The notes under the pieces: model-generated
What the model was told of the DNA's origin: nothing
The model's database searches: none
What the model saw: only the letters and a program-made list of their open reading frames with translations
Assembly (NCBI GenBank): GCA_045046875.1
Contig: JASFYY010000089.1
Span: forward strand, 1-64,000
Origin: Verrucomicrobiota bacterium
Lineage (GTDB): Bacteria > Verrucomicrobiota > Verrucomicrobiia > Verrucomicrobiales > DEV007
DNA length: 64,000 nt
Direction of reading: 5' to 3'
Shown here: positions 29,635 to 40,316 of the stretch, in pieces
Layout: each line of letters begins with the position of its first letter
Position numbering within the stretch: position 1 is the stretch's first letter
Program-made: the position numbers and the translations under genes

Positions 29635-30900
29635 TCAAGGAGAAACAAGCCAGAGGTGAATGGCTTCGTAGAAATGATAAAGTAGGAAGGTGCTGATAAG
29701 TAGGAGCAGTGCTATCAAGTCATTGGGATGAAGCTGGTTTTGTCCGCCGCGACGACGAACAAAAGCCAGTAGCCAACCGGTTGGGCAGCCGTAGTGGCAG
29801 TAGGCCATGGGGATGAAGAGGGAAAACAGCAAGCTGGCGATCGCAACGATGATGGATGCCCGTCCGGCGGCTCGTAGCAAGTAGGCGTCAAAGGGCTCGA
29901 GACCGGCGAGATCGATCGGCAGTTTGAAAAAACTGGTGATCAGAGCTAGCAGGATCAGGGTGGGAGGGATCCATTTCAGCGACCATTTGAAGTCAGGGTT
30001 CGGGCGGAATATCATGCGAGCGGGTAGGATTTTCATCACCCAGCGCTGGGCGTGTCCATGCGGGCAGATGTATTGGCAATAGACCGGCTGCCGGGTTGCC
30101 CAGGGAACGAGGAAGGCACTGATAAATAACAGGGTTAGTCCGGGAACCATGCGCCAGGGGATGCCTGATTCGGCCCAGCCGGCGAGCAGAGCCAGAGCTA
30201 ATAAATCACCGAGGATGAAAGCCAGGGTAATGAAGACGGCAATCGACCACAACCAACGATAGCTTTGAAGTTTCTCTCTTTTGATAAAGGCAAAAATGAG
30301 TCCTCCCAAGACGATCAGAAATAAGCCGATGTCTTGCCAGCGAATGGTGAGGGACTGGGAATGGTGTTGGCTACCGTTATTTAGATCCAGACGTTTGCTG
30401 ACCGACAGGGCGAGTGCTTCGGAAGTCCGGGTGGCGCCGGAGACTCCGTAGATTCGAGCTTTTTTCAGATCGGTCATCGAGGCGACCTGATCCCATGATT
30501 TGCCATTCCAGCTTTCCATGAAAATGTAATCGAGAGTGACATCCTCCACATGGCTGGGGGTGTCGTAGCTGTGGAGGATGGCAACGCCGAGTACCGTAAG
30601 CGCTGCATCGGAAACGATGAGGGCATCGCTGGGGCCGGAGTAACCGATGATTTCGCGGGACTGCGGCATGCTGCGCACGGCGTAACCGATGTTTTTGCCA
30701 TTCAGGTCGTGAACCCACAAACCGGCTTTGGGGGAATCATCGACAGAGAGCCGGTGCGCCTGGGGGAGAAAAACCTGAACTTCACTGAGGGTGATCGGCC
30801 GATCACCCTGCACGCGGATCCGCAATTGGTGTTCGCGTATCATCCAAACGATGGCGATAAGGGTGCCGAGGCGGGCTATTTGCAGAATGAGGGAGCGCAC
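29635..30900 (-). CDS. FMN-binding domain + 4Fe-4S (NosR/NirI-like) membrane protein
   Basis: IGYSGP and GVSGATRTS (flavinylation-type SGAT motif), followed by TM helices with YCQYICPHG, EPFDA and YCHYGCPTG. Confidence 0.85.
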   Translation of the reverse strand: MRSLILQIARLGTLIAIVWMIREHQLRIRVQGDRPITLSEVQVFLPQAHRLSVDDSPKAGLWVHDLNGKNIGYAVRSMPQSREIIGYSGPSDALIVSDAALTVLGVAILHSYDTPSHVEDVTLDYIFMESWNGKSWDQVASMTDLKKARIYGVSGATRTSEALALSVSKRLDLNNGSQHHSQSLTIRWQDIGLFLIVLGGLIFAFIKREKLQSYRWLWSIAVFITLAFILGDLLALALLAGWAESGIPWRMVPGLTLLFISAFLVPWATRQPVYCQYICPHGHAQRWVMKILPARMIFRPNPDFKWSLKWIPPTLILLALITSFFKLPIDLAGLEPFDAYLLRAAGRASIIVAIASLLFSLFIPMAYCHYGCPTGWLLAFVRRRGGQNQLHPNDLIALLLLISTFLLYHFYEAIHLWLVSP

Positions 30901-31035
30901 GGAGATAGCTTGTTTTATCTGCTGAGGTCAAATAGGCTCGAATATGATCTACAAAGTGAACCGTAACAAGCTGCCAGTTTCAAGCGGCAAAGGTATTATT
31001 TGACCGATACGGCTAGTGCGTAAACTGTTGGGCAG

Positions 31036-32058
31036 ATGAAACGACCCTTTTTGCACTTATTAACAGGATTGATTCTGTTGGCATCCGGATTATTGACTTG
31101 CATTCAGGCGGAGGAAGAGGAGGTGGATCTGACTCTGCGACCGGACAGTAAGGGGGGCAAAACCGAAGTGGAGGTAGCGATCAAGGTGCTCGATGTTGCC
31201 GAAATTGATGGCGCCAAACAAAGTTTTACCGCCAATGTGGTGGTTCTCGCTCGCTGGCAGGATGATCGTTTGAAAGGAGGGGCGGAATTCAGGGCAATGG
31301 ACATGTCTGACGTCTGGGATCCTGTTTTGCAGATCACTAATCAGCAACGATTAGTAAAAACCTTTCCTGATCGAGTGACGGTAGCGGCGGATGGGAGCGT
31401 GGAGTGGGTGCAGCGCTTCTGGGGGAGCTTTTCCCAGCCGCTGGATCTGCACGACTTTCCATTGGATAAGCATACTTTTGTTATCCAGTTGGTGTCAGCC
31501 CAATCTGATCACAAAAATATTATCTTAAAACAATCATCCAATAGTAGGTTTCGTTCAGGTCTGGCTAAAAAACTTTCTTTGCCAGATTGGGAAATCACTG
31601 GTTGGGAGGTGGATGCCAGCCCGTTGGAATTACTTGAAGGGGGTAACTCACTACCGGGCATGGCGTTTGAATTCCACGCCAAACGTTACATTGGTTATTA
31701 TCTGGTCAAGGTCTTGCTGCCTTTGTTGATGATCGTGATGATGTCGTGGATCGTATTCTGGATCCACCCGTCTGAAGCGGGTTCGCAGATCAGTGTTTCG
31801 ATCACTTCGATGTTAACCTTGATTGCCTATCGATTTGCCCTGGGGGCGATGTTGCCAAAGGTTTCTTATATCACCCGCATGGATGGTTTCATTCTGTTTG
31901 CGACGATCATGGTGTTCATTGCCTTGATGGAAGCAGTGACTACCAGCCGTCTGGTGAAGGTCGGTAAAGAGGAAATGGCGCTGAAGATGGATCGGATTTG
32001 TCGGATCCTGTTCCCAGGAACGTTCATTGCTGTTTGTATTTATGCTATTTGGAGTTGA
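31036..32058 (+). CDS. Prokaryotic pentameric ligand-gated ion channel (ELIC/GLIC-like)
   Basis: Signal peptide; IDGAKQSFTANVVVLARWQDDRL; VWDP; Pro-loop LDLHDFPLDKHTF; R..GYYLVKVLLP (M1); M2 ending in LPKVSY; four TM helices. Confidence 0.9.
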   Translation: MKRPFLHLLTGLILLASGLLTCIQAEEEEVDLTLRPDSKGGKTEVEVAIKVLDVAEIDGAKQSFTANVVVLARWQDDRLKGGAEFRAMDMSDVWDPVLQITNQQRLVKTFPDRVTVAADGSVEWVQRFWGSFSQPLDLHDFPLDKHTFVIQLVSAQSDHKNIILKQSSNSRFRSGLAKKLSLPDWEITGWEVDASPLELLEGGNSLPGMAFEFHAKRYIGYYLVKVLLPLLMIVMMSWIVFWIHPSEAGSQISVSITSMLTLIAYRFALGAMLPKVSYITRMDGFILFATIMVFIALMEAVTTSRLVKVGKEEMALKMDRICRILFPGTFIAVCIYAIWS

Positions 32059-32870
32059 TGCCGGAACTGCCTGAAGTTGAAACCACCTGCCGCGGCTTGA
32101 TCCCACATGTGACGGGGCGACAGGTGACGGATTTGGTGGTGCATCAGGGGAGTTTGCGCATTCCGGTGCCGGAGGGTCTGAACGACTTGGTTGGCCAGCA
32201 GATAGAGTCTATCCACCGTCGTGCCAAGTATTTGATTTTCGAAACAAAAAAAGGCCGGATGGTCATTCATTTGGGCATGTCTGGCAGTTTGCGTATTTGC
32301 GATGCGGCAGTGTCATTGCGTAAACACGACCATGTGGTGTTTGAGTTAGATACAGGTCAGCAAATGCGCTATCACGATCCACGTCGTTTTGGTTTGGTGG
32401 ATTGGACCAGCGGGGCCTGGCAGGAGATGAGGTGGTTCAAGGAGCTGGGGCCCGAGCCGTTGGCGGATGATTTTGGTGCAGCTTATCTCGAGGAAAAAGC
32501 GCGAGGGAGAAAAGGGGCGGTTAAGACCTTCATCATGACGAACCAGGTGGTGGTGGGAGTGGGGAATATCTACGCTTGTGAAGCGTTGTTCATGGCGGGT
32601 ATTCATCCCAACAGAGCAGCAGGAAAAATATCACGCAAGCGGCTTAGGGTGTTGGTTGAGGCGATCAAAGATCGGCTGACAGCGGCGATTCTGAGTGGAG
32701 GCACGACCCTGCGCGATTTTGTTCGCGAAGATGGGCAACCGGGTTATTTCAAACAGGAGCTGATGGTTTATGGTCGGGAAGGCGAGGCTTGTAGAAAATG
32801 CAAGAGCTTGATCAAGCGTTGTATTATTGGACAACGTTCTACTTTTTACTGCGTCAAGTGCCAGCGGTAA
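32058..32870 (+). CDS. mutM: Formamidopyrimidine-DNA glycosylase
   Basis: N-terminal PELPEVET, RRAKYL, HLGMSG, DPRRFG, GVGNIYACE and C-terminal zinc finger CRKC...CVKCQR; TGATG overlap with the upstream stop. Confidence 0.97.
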   Translation: MPELPEVETTCRGLIPHVTGRQVTDLVVHQGSLRIPVPEGLNDLVGQQIESIHRRAKYLIFETKKGRMVIHLGMSGSLRICDAAVSLRKHDHVVFELDTGQQMRYHDPRRFGLVDWTSGAWQEMRWFKELGPEPLADDFGAAYLEEKARGRKGAVKTFIMTNQVVVGVGNIYACEALFMAGIHPNRAAGKISRKRLRVLVEAIKDRLTAAILSGGTTLRDFVREDGQPGYFKQELMVYGREGEACRKCKSLIKRCIIGQRSTFYCVKCQR

Positions 32871-32873
32871 AGC

Positions 32874-33968
32874 TCAGAGCTTACCTTTGATCTGTGGGTA
32901 GATTTTCTCGGCCCAGCGTTTGGCTCCATCGATACTGAGATGCACATTGCCTGGGTTCATGGCGTCGTCGAGGGTGGTGAGGCTTTCTCCGTGGATGAGG
33001 AAGAGGTTTTCATCCCCTTGCTGTTGCCTTTGGGTGATCACAGCTGTGACGGGTTTTCTGAAGTCAATCAGTTTGGTGCCAGTGAACTTGCTGGTTTTAT
33101 CCTCGGGGATGGCGTGCATGGTGATGCAGAAAATTTTGGTTTTCGGGTGCTTTTTTCTGATGATGGTGAGCATGCTATCGTATTCTTTTTCGAATTGCTC
33201 CAGCGACTTTCGTCCGCTGTCATTGATGCCGATGTAAATGGTGATCAGGTCGATTTTTTCAAATTGGTTGAACATCTCGATGACGGGGAGTTTGATCGAG
33301 GCGCCGCCAACGGCGAGGCTGTAAACTTCGTAATCGAGCTTTTCTGCTAATTGGTAAGGCCAGGTCAGGTAACTGGCAGATTTCTGACCGGTGCCATGCG
33401 AAACGGAATCACCGTAGGCGACGTAGATTTTCTTTTTCCGGGGGGTGAAGTCTCCTAATTGATGCCCGTCTTCCAATTCTATGCCGTAAAAACGGGGGTT
33501 GGACCAACTGGGGAAGGCGATGGTGTAGATGGTGTTTTTGCCCGGGGTTTCCGATTGGATCACTAATTCCATGTCGCGGGTTTTGCTGGAGAAATCGAGT
33601 GATTTCCACCACTTGCCGTTTTGGTAAACGCCAAAATTGGCGCCGCGGTGTTCGTAGCCGGGCGGAGTTTTGAAAGTGAGTTTGACCGTCGGGCTGGCGG
33701 TTTTGAACAGCATCTTCACACAAGGGGTGGTGCGGGCTTTTTTCGACGAAACCGTCTCCCCCTTTTTTGTGCGGGGCGGGCTGAGTTGGTAAATCTCTTC
33801 GCTGAACCGTTGATAAGATCGGCTGCCGTCGTTTTGCTCCGTGATGAACTTGACGCCTTGGTAGTGGATGTTGGCGTCGTTGGGGGCAATGTTTTTAGCC
33901 GCAGCAGTGATGTGGGTTGCTGCAAATATGAGCAGGAGGAAAAGGTAGGGATAGGTGCGCTGTTTCAT
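32874..33968 (-). CDS. SGNH/GDSL hydrolase family protein, secreted
   Basis: YGDSVSHG block I, AVGG, GIND block III and a C-terminal NVHL. Confidence 0.85.
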   Translation of the reverse strand: MKQRTYPYLFLLLIFAATHITAAAKNIAPNDANIHYQGVKFITEQNDGSRSYQRFSEEIYQLSPPRTKKGETVSSKKARTTPCVKMLFKTASPTVKLTFKTPPGYEHRGANFGVYQNGKWWKSLDFSSKTRDMELVIQSETPGKNTIYTIAFPSWSNPRFYGIELEDGHQLGDFTPRKKKIYVAYGDSVSHGTGQKSASYLTWPYQLAEKLDYEVYSLAVGGASIKLPVIEMFNQFEKIDLITIYIGINDSGRKSLEQFEKEYDSMLTIIRKKHPKTKIFCITMHAIPEDKTSKFTGTKLIDFRKPVTAVITQRQQQGDENLFLIHGESLTTLDDAMNPGNVHLSIDGAKRWAEKIYPQIKGKL

Positions 33969-34074
33969 TTCTGCACACCATGGAATTAATGTGCGGCCAG
34001 GCAAGGGGCGCATTTCCGTATGAAGGTTCTTTGGGGACTGAAGGGCGAGCGTTTCGGTTGCTGCGTTTTTTTGG

Positions 34075-35376
34075 CTAGGCCGAAGGTGCTTTTGGTTTGA
34101 TAAATAAAACCTGGCTGCGTTCGATCCATCCTTTTCTTAAGTCCACGCGGAACCAGCCGTCGCTGTTTTTTTTATTGAAGCGCAACGGAGAGCTTTTGCC
34201 GAATGGCTTGAGGTCGTATTGCGCCCAGGTTTTGCCCATATCCGGGGAGTAGATGAAGCCGGTGTTGTAGGGGGAGGCGGGGCCATAGTGGGCAGATAAA
34301 ATCACTTTGTCTTCGATCAGTAGATTGGCGGATTCATACTGCGGGTTGAAGAGCAGGGTGTGTTTTTTAGGATCGGCTATGTCAGCTGGAGCACAGGTGA
34401 AGATACCGCGGTCGTGGGGCATGGTGCCGTTTTTGCCATTGGCATCGGCTGCCCAGTAGAGCTGGCCGTCGACGAAGTTGATGCCGCCGGATTTGTAACG
34501 TGAGTTGGAATTGCTGGAGACCAGGACTTTCCAATCCCAGCTGTCTTTGCTGGCATCGTAGCTGCCACGTATCCAGTGACATTCGTGGCCGACCGTTCGA
34601 TCGTGATCACCGGTGCAGGCGTAAAAGGCATTTTCCGCCGGGTTGTAGGCAACCGAGTGAATGTGGCGGCAGACGGTTGGGTTGTCCGGGTTGCCCAACA
34701 AGGGGCCTTTTCGGGTTTGCCCCTTGGCGAGCTTTTCCTGAAAGTGGGGGTTTTGTCCGAAGGAATAGGCAATCTTTACGGTCTCTCCATTGTCGGTGGA
34801 GTAATAAACGTTCACTGGAACGGCGCCACCGAGCACATTGCAGTAGTTGCCCCAGACCATCATTTCCTTGCCGTCGATATCCCAGGTGTGTTCGCCGTCG
34901 AGGGAGTGAAAATACCAGCCGGGTTTTTCCGGGTCTGCAGGTGTGTGGGGGATGTAATCACTGCCGTCGGTATCCTTGACGATGATTTGTTTGTAAGACT
35001 TTAGATTGTCGCTGCTGAGGTAAAGTTTGCTACGGGTGGCGAAGAGCACGTTGCCGTTTTTCAGGATGCAGGAAAAGGTGATGTTTTTGGCGTTGGCAAA
35101 AGCGGCCTGATGGGGCCAGGTGCGGGCGTTGTCTTCGGATAGATAGATTTTGCCGTCATCGGTGAAGCCAAACGCTTTGTTGTCGCGTTGTGTGTCGATG
35201 TAGGGGCCGTCGGGTTGCAGGCGATACCAGAAGTGATCGGTGGACGGGATCTTGGAAAGATCGGTGTCGGCATCAATTCCGAAAATGCTGGAGGGGACGA
35301 TGAGGGCTCCACCCGCCATTGCGGTTGTTGCGCTAAGAAATTTTCGTCGAGTGGTATTTTGTCGGGGTGTTTGCAT
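34075..35376 (-). CDS. Tat-exported BNR/Asp-box beta-propeller protein (sialidase-like fold)
   Basis: TRRKFL Tat motif; Asp-box-like YLSEDNARTW, YYSTDNGETV and YSPDMGKTW; RHIH. Confidence 0.7.
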   Translation of the reverse strand: MQTPRQNTTRRKFLSATTAMAGGALIVPSSIFGIDADTDLSKIPSTDHFWYRLQPDGPYIDTQRDNKAFGFTDDGKIYLSEDNARTWPHQAAFANAKNITFSCILKNGNVLFATRSKLYLSSDNLKSYKQIIVKDTDGSDYIPHTPADPEKPGWYFHSLDGEHTWDIDGKEMMVWGNYCNVLGGAVPVNVYYSTDNGETVKIAYSFGQNPHFQEKLAKGQTRKGPLLGNPDNPTVCRHIHSVAYNPAENAFYACTGDHDRTVGHECHWIRGSYDASKDSWDWKVLVSSNSNSRYKSGGINFVDGQLYWAADANGKNGTMPHDRGIFTCAPADIADPKKHTLLFNPQYESANLLIEDKVILSAHYGPASPYNTGFIYSPDMGKTWAQYDLKPFGKSSPLRFNKKNSDGWFRVDLRKGWIERSQVLFIKPKAPSA

Positions 35377-35405
35377 GGAGGGATTAGGGATTGAAATGAG
35401 GGGAA

Positions 35406-36089
35406 TCACTTTAACAGTAGGATGATTTTTTTGGTTTTTTCATCGGGATTGACGAACATGGAGGTCAGTCCCAAAGCTTTTTCCTTGCCAGCAGAACTGC
35501 CATTTTCAAGCAGCCATTGGACGGCTTCCAGTTGAAGGGATTCTGATGCGCGCATCAGCGGAGTGGTTCCCTCCGGGCCAGCTCCGTTCACGTCAGCCTT
35601 GTTATCCAGAAGAAACTGCATGGCTTCGACCTTCCCTTTGGCTGCGGCATAACCCATGGGAGTGCCGTCGGCTGTTCCTGTGTAACCAGCTCCGTCAGTG
35701 TTATGAGTGGTGCCAATTTTGCTGTTCACATTGGCTCCGGCCTCGATCAGTGTTTCTAGTATGGTTAAATTTCCGCGTTCGGCGGCTAGGAAAATCACTG
35801 GCAGGCCATAGCGGTTTTTGGCATCCGGGGTGGCGCCTTTTTTGATCAGTTCGATGATTTCATCAGGCTCGGCAAAGATCAACCGGCTAGCCAGTTGTTT
35901 GTTTAATTTTGCAATTTGAGCTGGATTGGCGGCGCTTTTTTTAGGTTGGGCGGCAAGGGATTCATCCTTTGGAATGGGATCGTTGGCAACCACTGTCTCG
36001 CCATTTGTTGGTGCGGGATCTCTGTCGCAACTGATTAAAAGTATCATGCTTGTGAGCATGATGGAGGATCGTATTACTGAGGGTTTCAT
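35406..36089 (-). CDS. Ankyrin-repeat lipoprotein
   Basis: Lipobox LISC; ankyrin units LAAERGNLTILETLIEAGANVN, TPMGYAAAKG and TPLMRAS. Confidence 0.88.
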   Translation of the reverse strand: MKPSVIRSSIMLTSMILLISCDRDPAPTNGETVVANDPIPKDESLAAQPKKSAANPAQIAKLNKQLASRLIFAEPDEIIELIKKGATPDAKNRYGLPVIFLAAERGNLTILETLIEAGANVNSKIGTTHNTDGAGYTGTADGTPMGYAAAKGKVEAMQFLLDNKADVNGAGPEGTTPLMRASESLQLEAVQWLLENGSSAGKEKALGLTSMFVNPDEKTKKIILLLK

Positions 36090-36161
36090 AGCGGGCCAGT
36101 AGGGGTACCTTTTTGGTTTATCCCGTTTTCATTAAAAAGGCAAGTCCCGTCAGTAGGGAAA

Positions 36162-37574
36162 TCAGGGCATCCGTTGCTGCAATTTTTTTAGAAGCGCTTT
36201 TGCTGTATCAGGATCGGAAGTTGCGGAGTAGTGAGTTTCACCATCGGGCTTGCTGTGATCGTATAGTTCGAGATGACCATCTTTGTGCGCGATGAGGCGG
36301 TGAGTGTCGGTGCGGATGGTTTTTGTGTTGCCTTTGTAGGAGTAAGCTGGATGACCGGGCGTTTGAGCCTGCTTCAAAATGGGAAGCAATGAGGTTCCAT
36401 TGAGGAAATCTGGTTTTTGCAGCTTAGTCAGATCACAGAGGGTAGGGAAGATGTCGATGGTTTCGACGATGGAGGCCGTGTTTACTCCGGGCTGTGCCAT
36501 GCCGGGGTAGGTAATAATGAGCGGTGATCGCAGGGATTCTTCAAATAGAGTGTGTTTTCCCCACACCGCCTGTTCACCGAGATGCCAGCCGTGATCGCCC
36601 CAGAGCACGATGATGGTATTGTCGCGTAACTTAAGGTCATCGAGTTGCTTGAGGATTCGCCCGACCAGGGTGTCGGCGTAAGTCACGCAGGCGGCGTAGT
36701 GTTTGCGAACCTGGAGGGCGAATTTTTCATCGTCATTTGGATTTGTGCCCCAACGATTGTATCTCATGAATTCCCCGGATTTGTGCCAGGTGGTTTTGCC
36801 TTGTGGCTGATCGGGGTGGGGAGTGTCAGGGAGTTGGGCGTCGCGATAGGCATCCATGTATTTGGCCGGAGCCCCGAAAGGCAGGTGGGGACGGATGAGG
36901 CCGACGGCCAAAAAGAAAGGTTTTTTTTCCGTGTTGGCAGCCAACAGGCGCATTTGTTGGAGCGCTTCATTGGTGATGAGTCCATCAGGGTAAATTTCGT
37001 CGTTTCCTTTGGCGGATTGGAAGACATCCATTTGCTTGGGATCTTCGCGTATTTCCCCGTGGGCGAGCCCGTGCATGATGCCGCGCGGGTGCTGCCAGTC
37101 GCCGCTGGTCATCAAGTGGCGATCCCATGAGTTGGGCATTTCGGCTTGTTGAGGATCATTCCAATCAGGCCCTCCGCGCCCGCCGGGGTGGTGTGAGACT
37201 TTCCCGACGGAGACGGTGGTGTAGCCATGTTGGCGGAACCAGGCAGGCATACTGGGTGGGACGTCTTGTGGATTTTTTTCCAGGCGTTTGGCGCGGTTGA
37301 AAAGTTCCATGTTGCCGTAGATCCCGTATCTGCCAGTCAGTAAAGCGTAGCGTGAGGCGCCACAAGTGGGGGCTTGCACGTAGTGGCGACTGAACATGCG
37401 TCCGCTGGCGGCCAGGGCGTCGATGTTGGGCGATTGGATGTAATCAACTCCGTAACAAGCGAGCTCGGGGCGCAGGTCGTCGATGCAAAGTAGTAGGATG
37501 TTGGGTGAATCACTTGCTGAAACCGGCCTGAGCAGAGCGATGCCGAGGGCGGCAAATAAGAGTATGAATTTCAT
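36162..37574 (-). CDS. Iduronate-2-sulfatase-like S1 sulfatase, secreted
   Basis: [50 protein letters not shown]. Confidence 0.92.
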   Translation of the reverse strand: MKFILLFAALGIALLRPVSASDSPNILLLCIDDLRPELACYGVDYIQSPNIDALAASGRMFSRHYVQAPTCGASRYALLTGRYGIYGNMELFNRAKRLEKNPQDVPPSMPAWFRQHGYTTVSVGKVSHHPGGRGGPDWNDPQQAEMPNSWDRHLMTSGDWQHPRGIMHGLAHGEIREDPKQMDVFQSAKGNDEIYPDGLITNEALQQMRLLAANTEKKPFFLAVGLIRPHLPFGAPAKYMDAYRDAQLPDTPHPDQPQGKTTWHKSGEFMRYNRWGTNPNDDEKFALQVRKHYAACVTYADTLVGRILKQLDDLKLRDNTIIVLWGDHGWHLGEQAVWGKHTLFEESLRSPLIITYPGMAQPGVNTASIVETIDIFPTLCDLTKLQKPDFLNGTSLLPILKQAQTPGHPAYSYKGNTKTIRTDTHRLIAHKDGHLELYDHSKPDGETHYSATSDPDTAKALLKKLQQRMP

Positions 37575-37602
37575 GAGTCGAGTTAGGTAGAGGTGTAACT
37601 GA

Positions 37603-38814
37603 TTAGATGTCTAAAAGCTGGTTGGCGGGTATCAGTTCGGTATCGCCGAGTTTAGCGGGTTCACAATCGGCGATTTCTGCAGGGACTTCATTAGCGAGTT
37701 TTTGCCAGCTTTCCTGACTGAGGGATTCGATCAATTGAGCAAAAGGTTCGGCTTTGTCGTTGGCGGGTAAATAGTGCCGGTACATGCGCACGATGCTTTG
37801 TAGCATGGGGAGGTAGGGTTCGAGATCGGTGGTGGTTGAAGCGGCTTCGCTGTCGATCCAAGCGAGCGGAATCACTTGGGTGGAGGCGGGGTGGGTCTGT
37901 TCGGTTTTGAGCAGCAGTTCGATGTCGAAGGCGAATTTTTTCTCGATATTGTTTTGAATGATTTCTTTGACGAGATCCGCCCGGAAGGCTTTGAAAGCGC
38001 ACTGGGTATCGATGATTTTTTCCAAGGGGGAAAGTAGGCGTTTCCACAGATAGATGAAAAGTTTGCCGCGCGCATTGCGCTTGCCTTTTTTGACCACCAC
38101 TGATGAGGGCTCACGGCGGGAGCCGATTGAGCACTGGGTCTCAGGATTGAGGAATGGTTCGAGTAGCAGGCCGCACTGGCCGAGGTGGGTTGAAAGGTCG
38201 GCGTCGGTGTAAAGGATGAGGTGGGTGGTGTTATCCGCATGACTGGTTTGCGCGGCGTGCCACATGCCGTAGAGGATGGCTCCTCCTTTCTGGCTGTCGG
38301 CGGGGGAGGATAAACCGGCGGCGACGGGGAGTTTTTCATCGATGGCCTGTTGCAAAAAAAGCACTTCTGCGACTTCGTTATGGTCGTTTTTCTGAATGAT
38401 ATCCCGGGCAATTTGACCTGAGTGATCAGGGCAGCCATCGTCGATGATGATCAATTTCCATTTGATCTGCGGGCTGTCATCGAAAAGCCAATGCAGTTGG
38501 TGGATTTTACGATTGAGGAAATCTTCACCGTGGGGGTGTTGTTCGGAACTCAGGATGCGCCGGTGCTCTTTGTAAACGGCAAAGAGGATGGAGATAAAAA
38601 AAGTCTGTCCTGCGGGGAACTGTTGTTGAATGATGGCCTTGGAGCGGGCGAGTTTGAGGGCGACTCGTTGACGTAGGGATGTATCAGGGTTCTGGCTTTG
38701 TTGCTGTTCCAGTGATAGAAGCGAGGAAGGGGAGCTTGATGGGTTTTCGAGGTATTGATCCGCTAATTGATAGAGTTCGTCGAGATGGGCGGGCTTGGTT
38801 AGGTCGAGGGGCAT
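37603..38814 (-). CDS. Glycosyltransferase family 2 (polyprenyl-phosphate glycosyltransferase-like)
   Basis: [35 protein letters not shown] and FAFDIELL. Confidence 0.85.
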   Translation of the reverse strand: MPLDLTKPAHLDELYQLADQYLENPSSSPSSLLSLEQQQSQNPDTSLRQRVALKLARSKAIIQQQFPAGQTFFISILFAVYKEHRRILSSEQHPHGEDFLNRKIHQLHWLFDDSPQIKWKLIIIDDGCPDHSGQIARDIIQKNDHNEVAEVLFLQQAIDEKLPVAAGLSSPADSQKGGAILYGMWHAAQTSHADNTTHLILYTDADLSTHLGQCGLLLEPFLNPETQCSIGSRREPSSVVVKKGKRNARGKLFIYLWKRLLSPLEKIIDTQCAFKAFRADLVKEIIQNNIEKKFAFDIELLLKTEQTHPASTQVIPLAWIDSEAASTTTDLEPYLPMLQSIVRMYRHYLPANDKAEPFAQLIESLSQESWQKLANEVPAEIADCEPAKLGDTELIPANQLLDI

Positions 38815-38980
38815 GGGTGGACTTTTAGAAGTGGGTAGGTGATGTTTTCTGGAAAATAAATGACCGCAGTTTGGAAGAGGCTTGGTGGAATGAGGATTGA
38901 ATCTTAATTTGGATGGCAAAGCAAGAAATAGTGGATAGTTTGAACGGTTTTAGAGTGGCAAGCAGGTAAAGGTTTTGACG

Positions 38981-40264
38981 ATGAAGAAAAAAAGAGAATG
39001 GATAATGGTGTTGGCTGCTTCGGTTTTGCTACTGCTGCAAGGTTGCGCAAGTTTCACCTCGGCGGGCAATGCGAAGATGGATTTTCTTGCGCGTGCCAAG
39101 ACCCAGGGAAATAACCGGGTGAAAGTCTCTGCGGTGGTGCTTTCGGATCAGGAAAGCAAGCAGGTCTTTGGTGGGCGAATGGCAAAAAGACATATTCAAC
39201 CGGTGTGGTTGGAAGTTGATAATAAGAGTGACGAAGAGCTGTTGCTGGTGCATCTCGCTATTGACCCCGATTATTTTTCACCTTCTGAAGCGGCTTGGCG
39301 TAGTAGGGGCTTGTTGGAATTGAGATCCAAGAAAAAGATGGAATTTTTCACTGACCAACGTATCCCCTTGCTGATTGCGCCGGGGAAAAAAGTGGAGGGG
39401 TATGTTTTCACCAATCACGACCCCGGGGTGAAGGCGTTCACGGTTCAGTTGATCGGCGATCGTGAAAGTCATCAATTTGATTTTGTGCAACTCATTCCAG
39501 GTTTGAGGTCTAACTTTGAAGAAACGTTGCGATCCCATATTGTTTCTGTTGATCCGGCAACGCCATCGCTGGACGCAGACGGGTTGAGAGCGTATCTTGA
39601 AGCGCTACCTCCATCGGTGTTGGGAGGAGATAAAAAAACAGCGGGGGATCCGTTGAATATTGTGATAGTGGGCGGGGGCAAGCGCGCGCTCTCGATGTTT
39701 GTTCGCCGGGGATGGGATCTGACAGAGACGATGGATTTGGGCAGCGCCTGGCGCACGGTGGCTTCTTCCTTATTTAAATCAGCCTACCGGACGTCACCGG
39801 TTTCACCGCTCTATCTTTTTGGCAGGCCGCAGGATGTGGCTTTGCAGAAAACCCGCAGCACGGTTGATGAACGAAATCATCTCAGGCTTTGGAAGGCTCC
39901 GGTGACCTACCTGGGTAGCCCGGTTTGGGTGGGGCAGATCAGTCGCGATATTGGTGTCAAATTCACTCACAAAACGTTGGTGACTCACAAGATAGATCCT
40001 GATGTGGATGAAGCGAGGTCTTATCTGATGCAAGATTTGATCAGCTCACCGTCGAGTAATCAGGTTGCTTTTGTCAAAGGGGTGGGGCGTTCCAGTCGGG
40101 AAAATCCGCGGCGCAACTACACCCGGGATCCTTATATCACTGACGGATTGCGGGTGGTGATTTTTCTGAGTGATCAACCTACGGCTATCGATGAGGTGGA
40201 GTGGCATGACTGGGAGTGGCCAACGCAGGAAGGGCGAAGAGGGGTGAGGCCGAGGAGGCACTAG
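38981..40264 (+). CDS. LssY C-terminal domain-containing lipoprotein
   Basis: Lipobox LQGC; GDPLNIV, YRTSPVSPLYLFGRPQD, RNHLRLW, THKIDPDVDEAR and TDG. Confidence 0.8.
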   Translation: MKKKREWIMVLAASVLLLLQGCASFTSAGNAKMDFLARAKTQGNNRVKVSAVVLSDQESKQVFGGRMAKRHIQPVWLEVDNKSDEELLLVHLAIDPDYFSPSEAAWRSRGLLELRSKKKMEFFTDQRIPLLIAPGKKVEGYVFTNHDPGVKAFTVQLIGDRESHQFDFVQLIPGLRSNFEETLRSHIVSVDPATPSLDADGLRAYLEALPPSVLGGDKKTAGDPLNIVIVGGGKRALSMFVRRGWDLTETMDLGSAWRTVASSLFKSAYRTSPVSPLYLFGRPQDVALQKTRSTVDERNHLRLWKAPVTYLGSPVWVGQISRDIGVKFTHKTLVTHKIDPDVDEARSYLMQDLISSPSSNQVAFVKGVGRSSRENPRRNYTRDPYITDGLRVVIFLSDQPTAIDEVEWHDWEWPTQEGRRGVRPRRH

Positions 40265-40316
40265 CCTGCCAAAGCCTTTGTTTGCTTGGGATCCAGAGGC
40301 CCCAAGGGGGCTTGAA

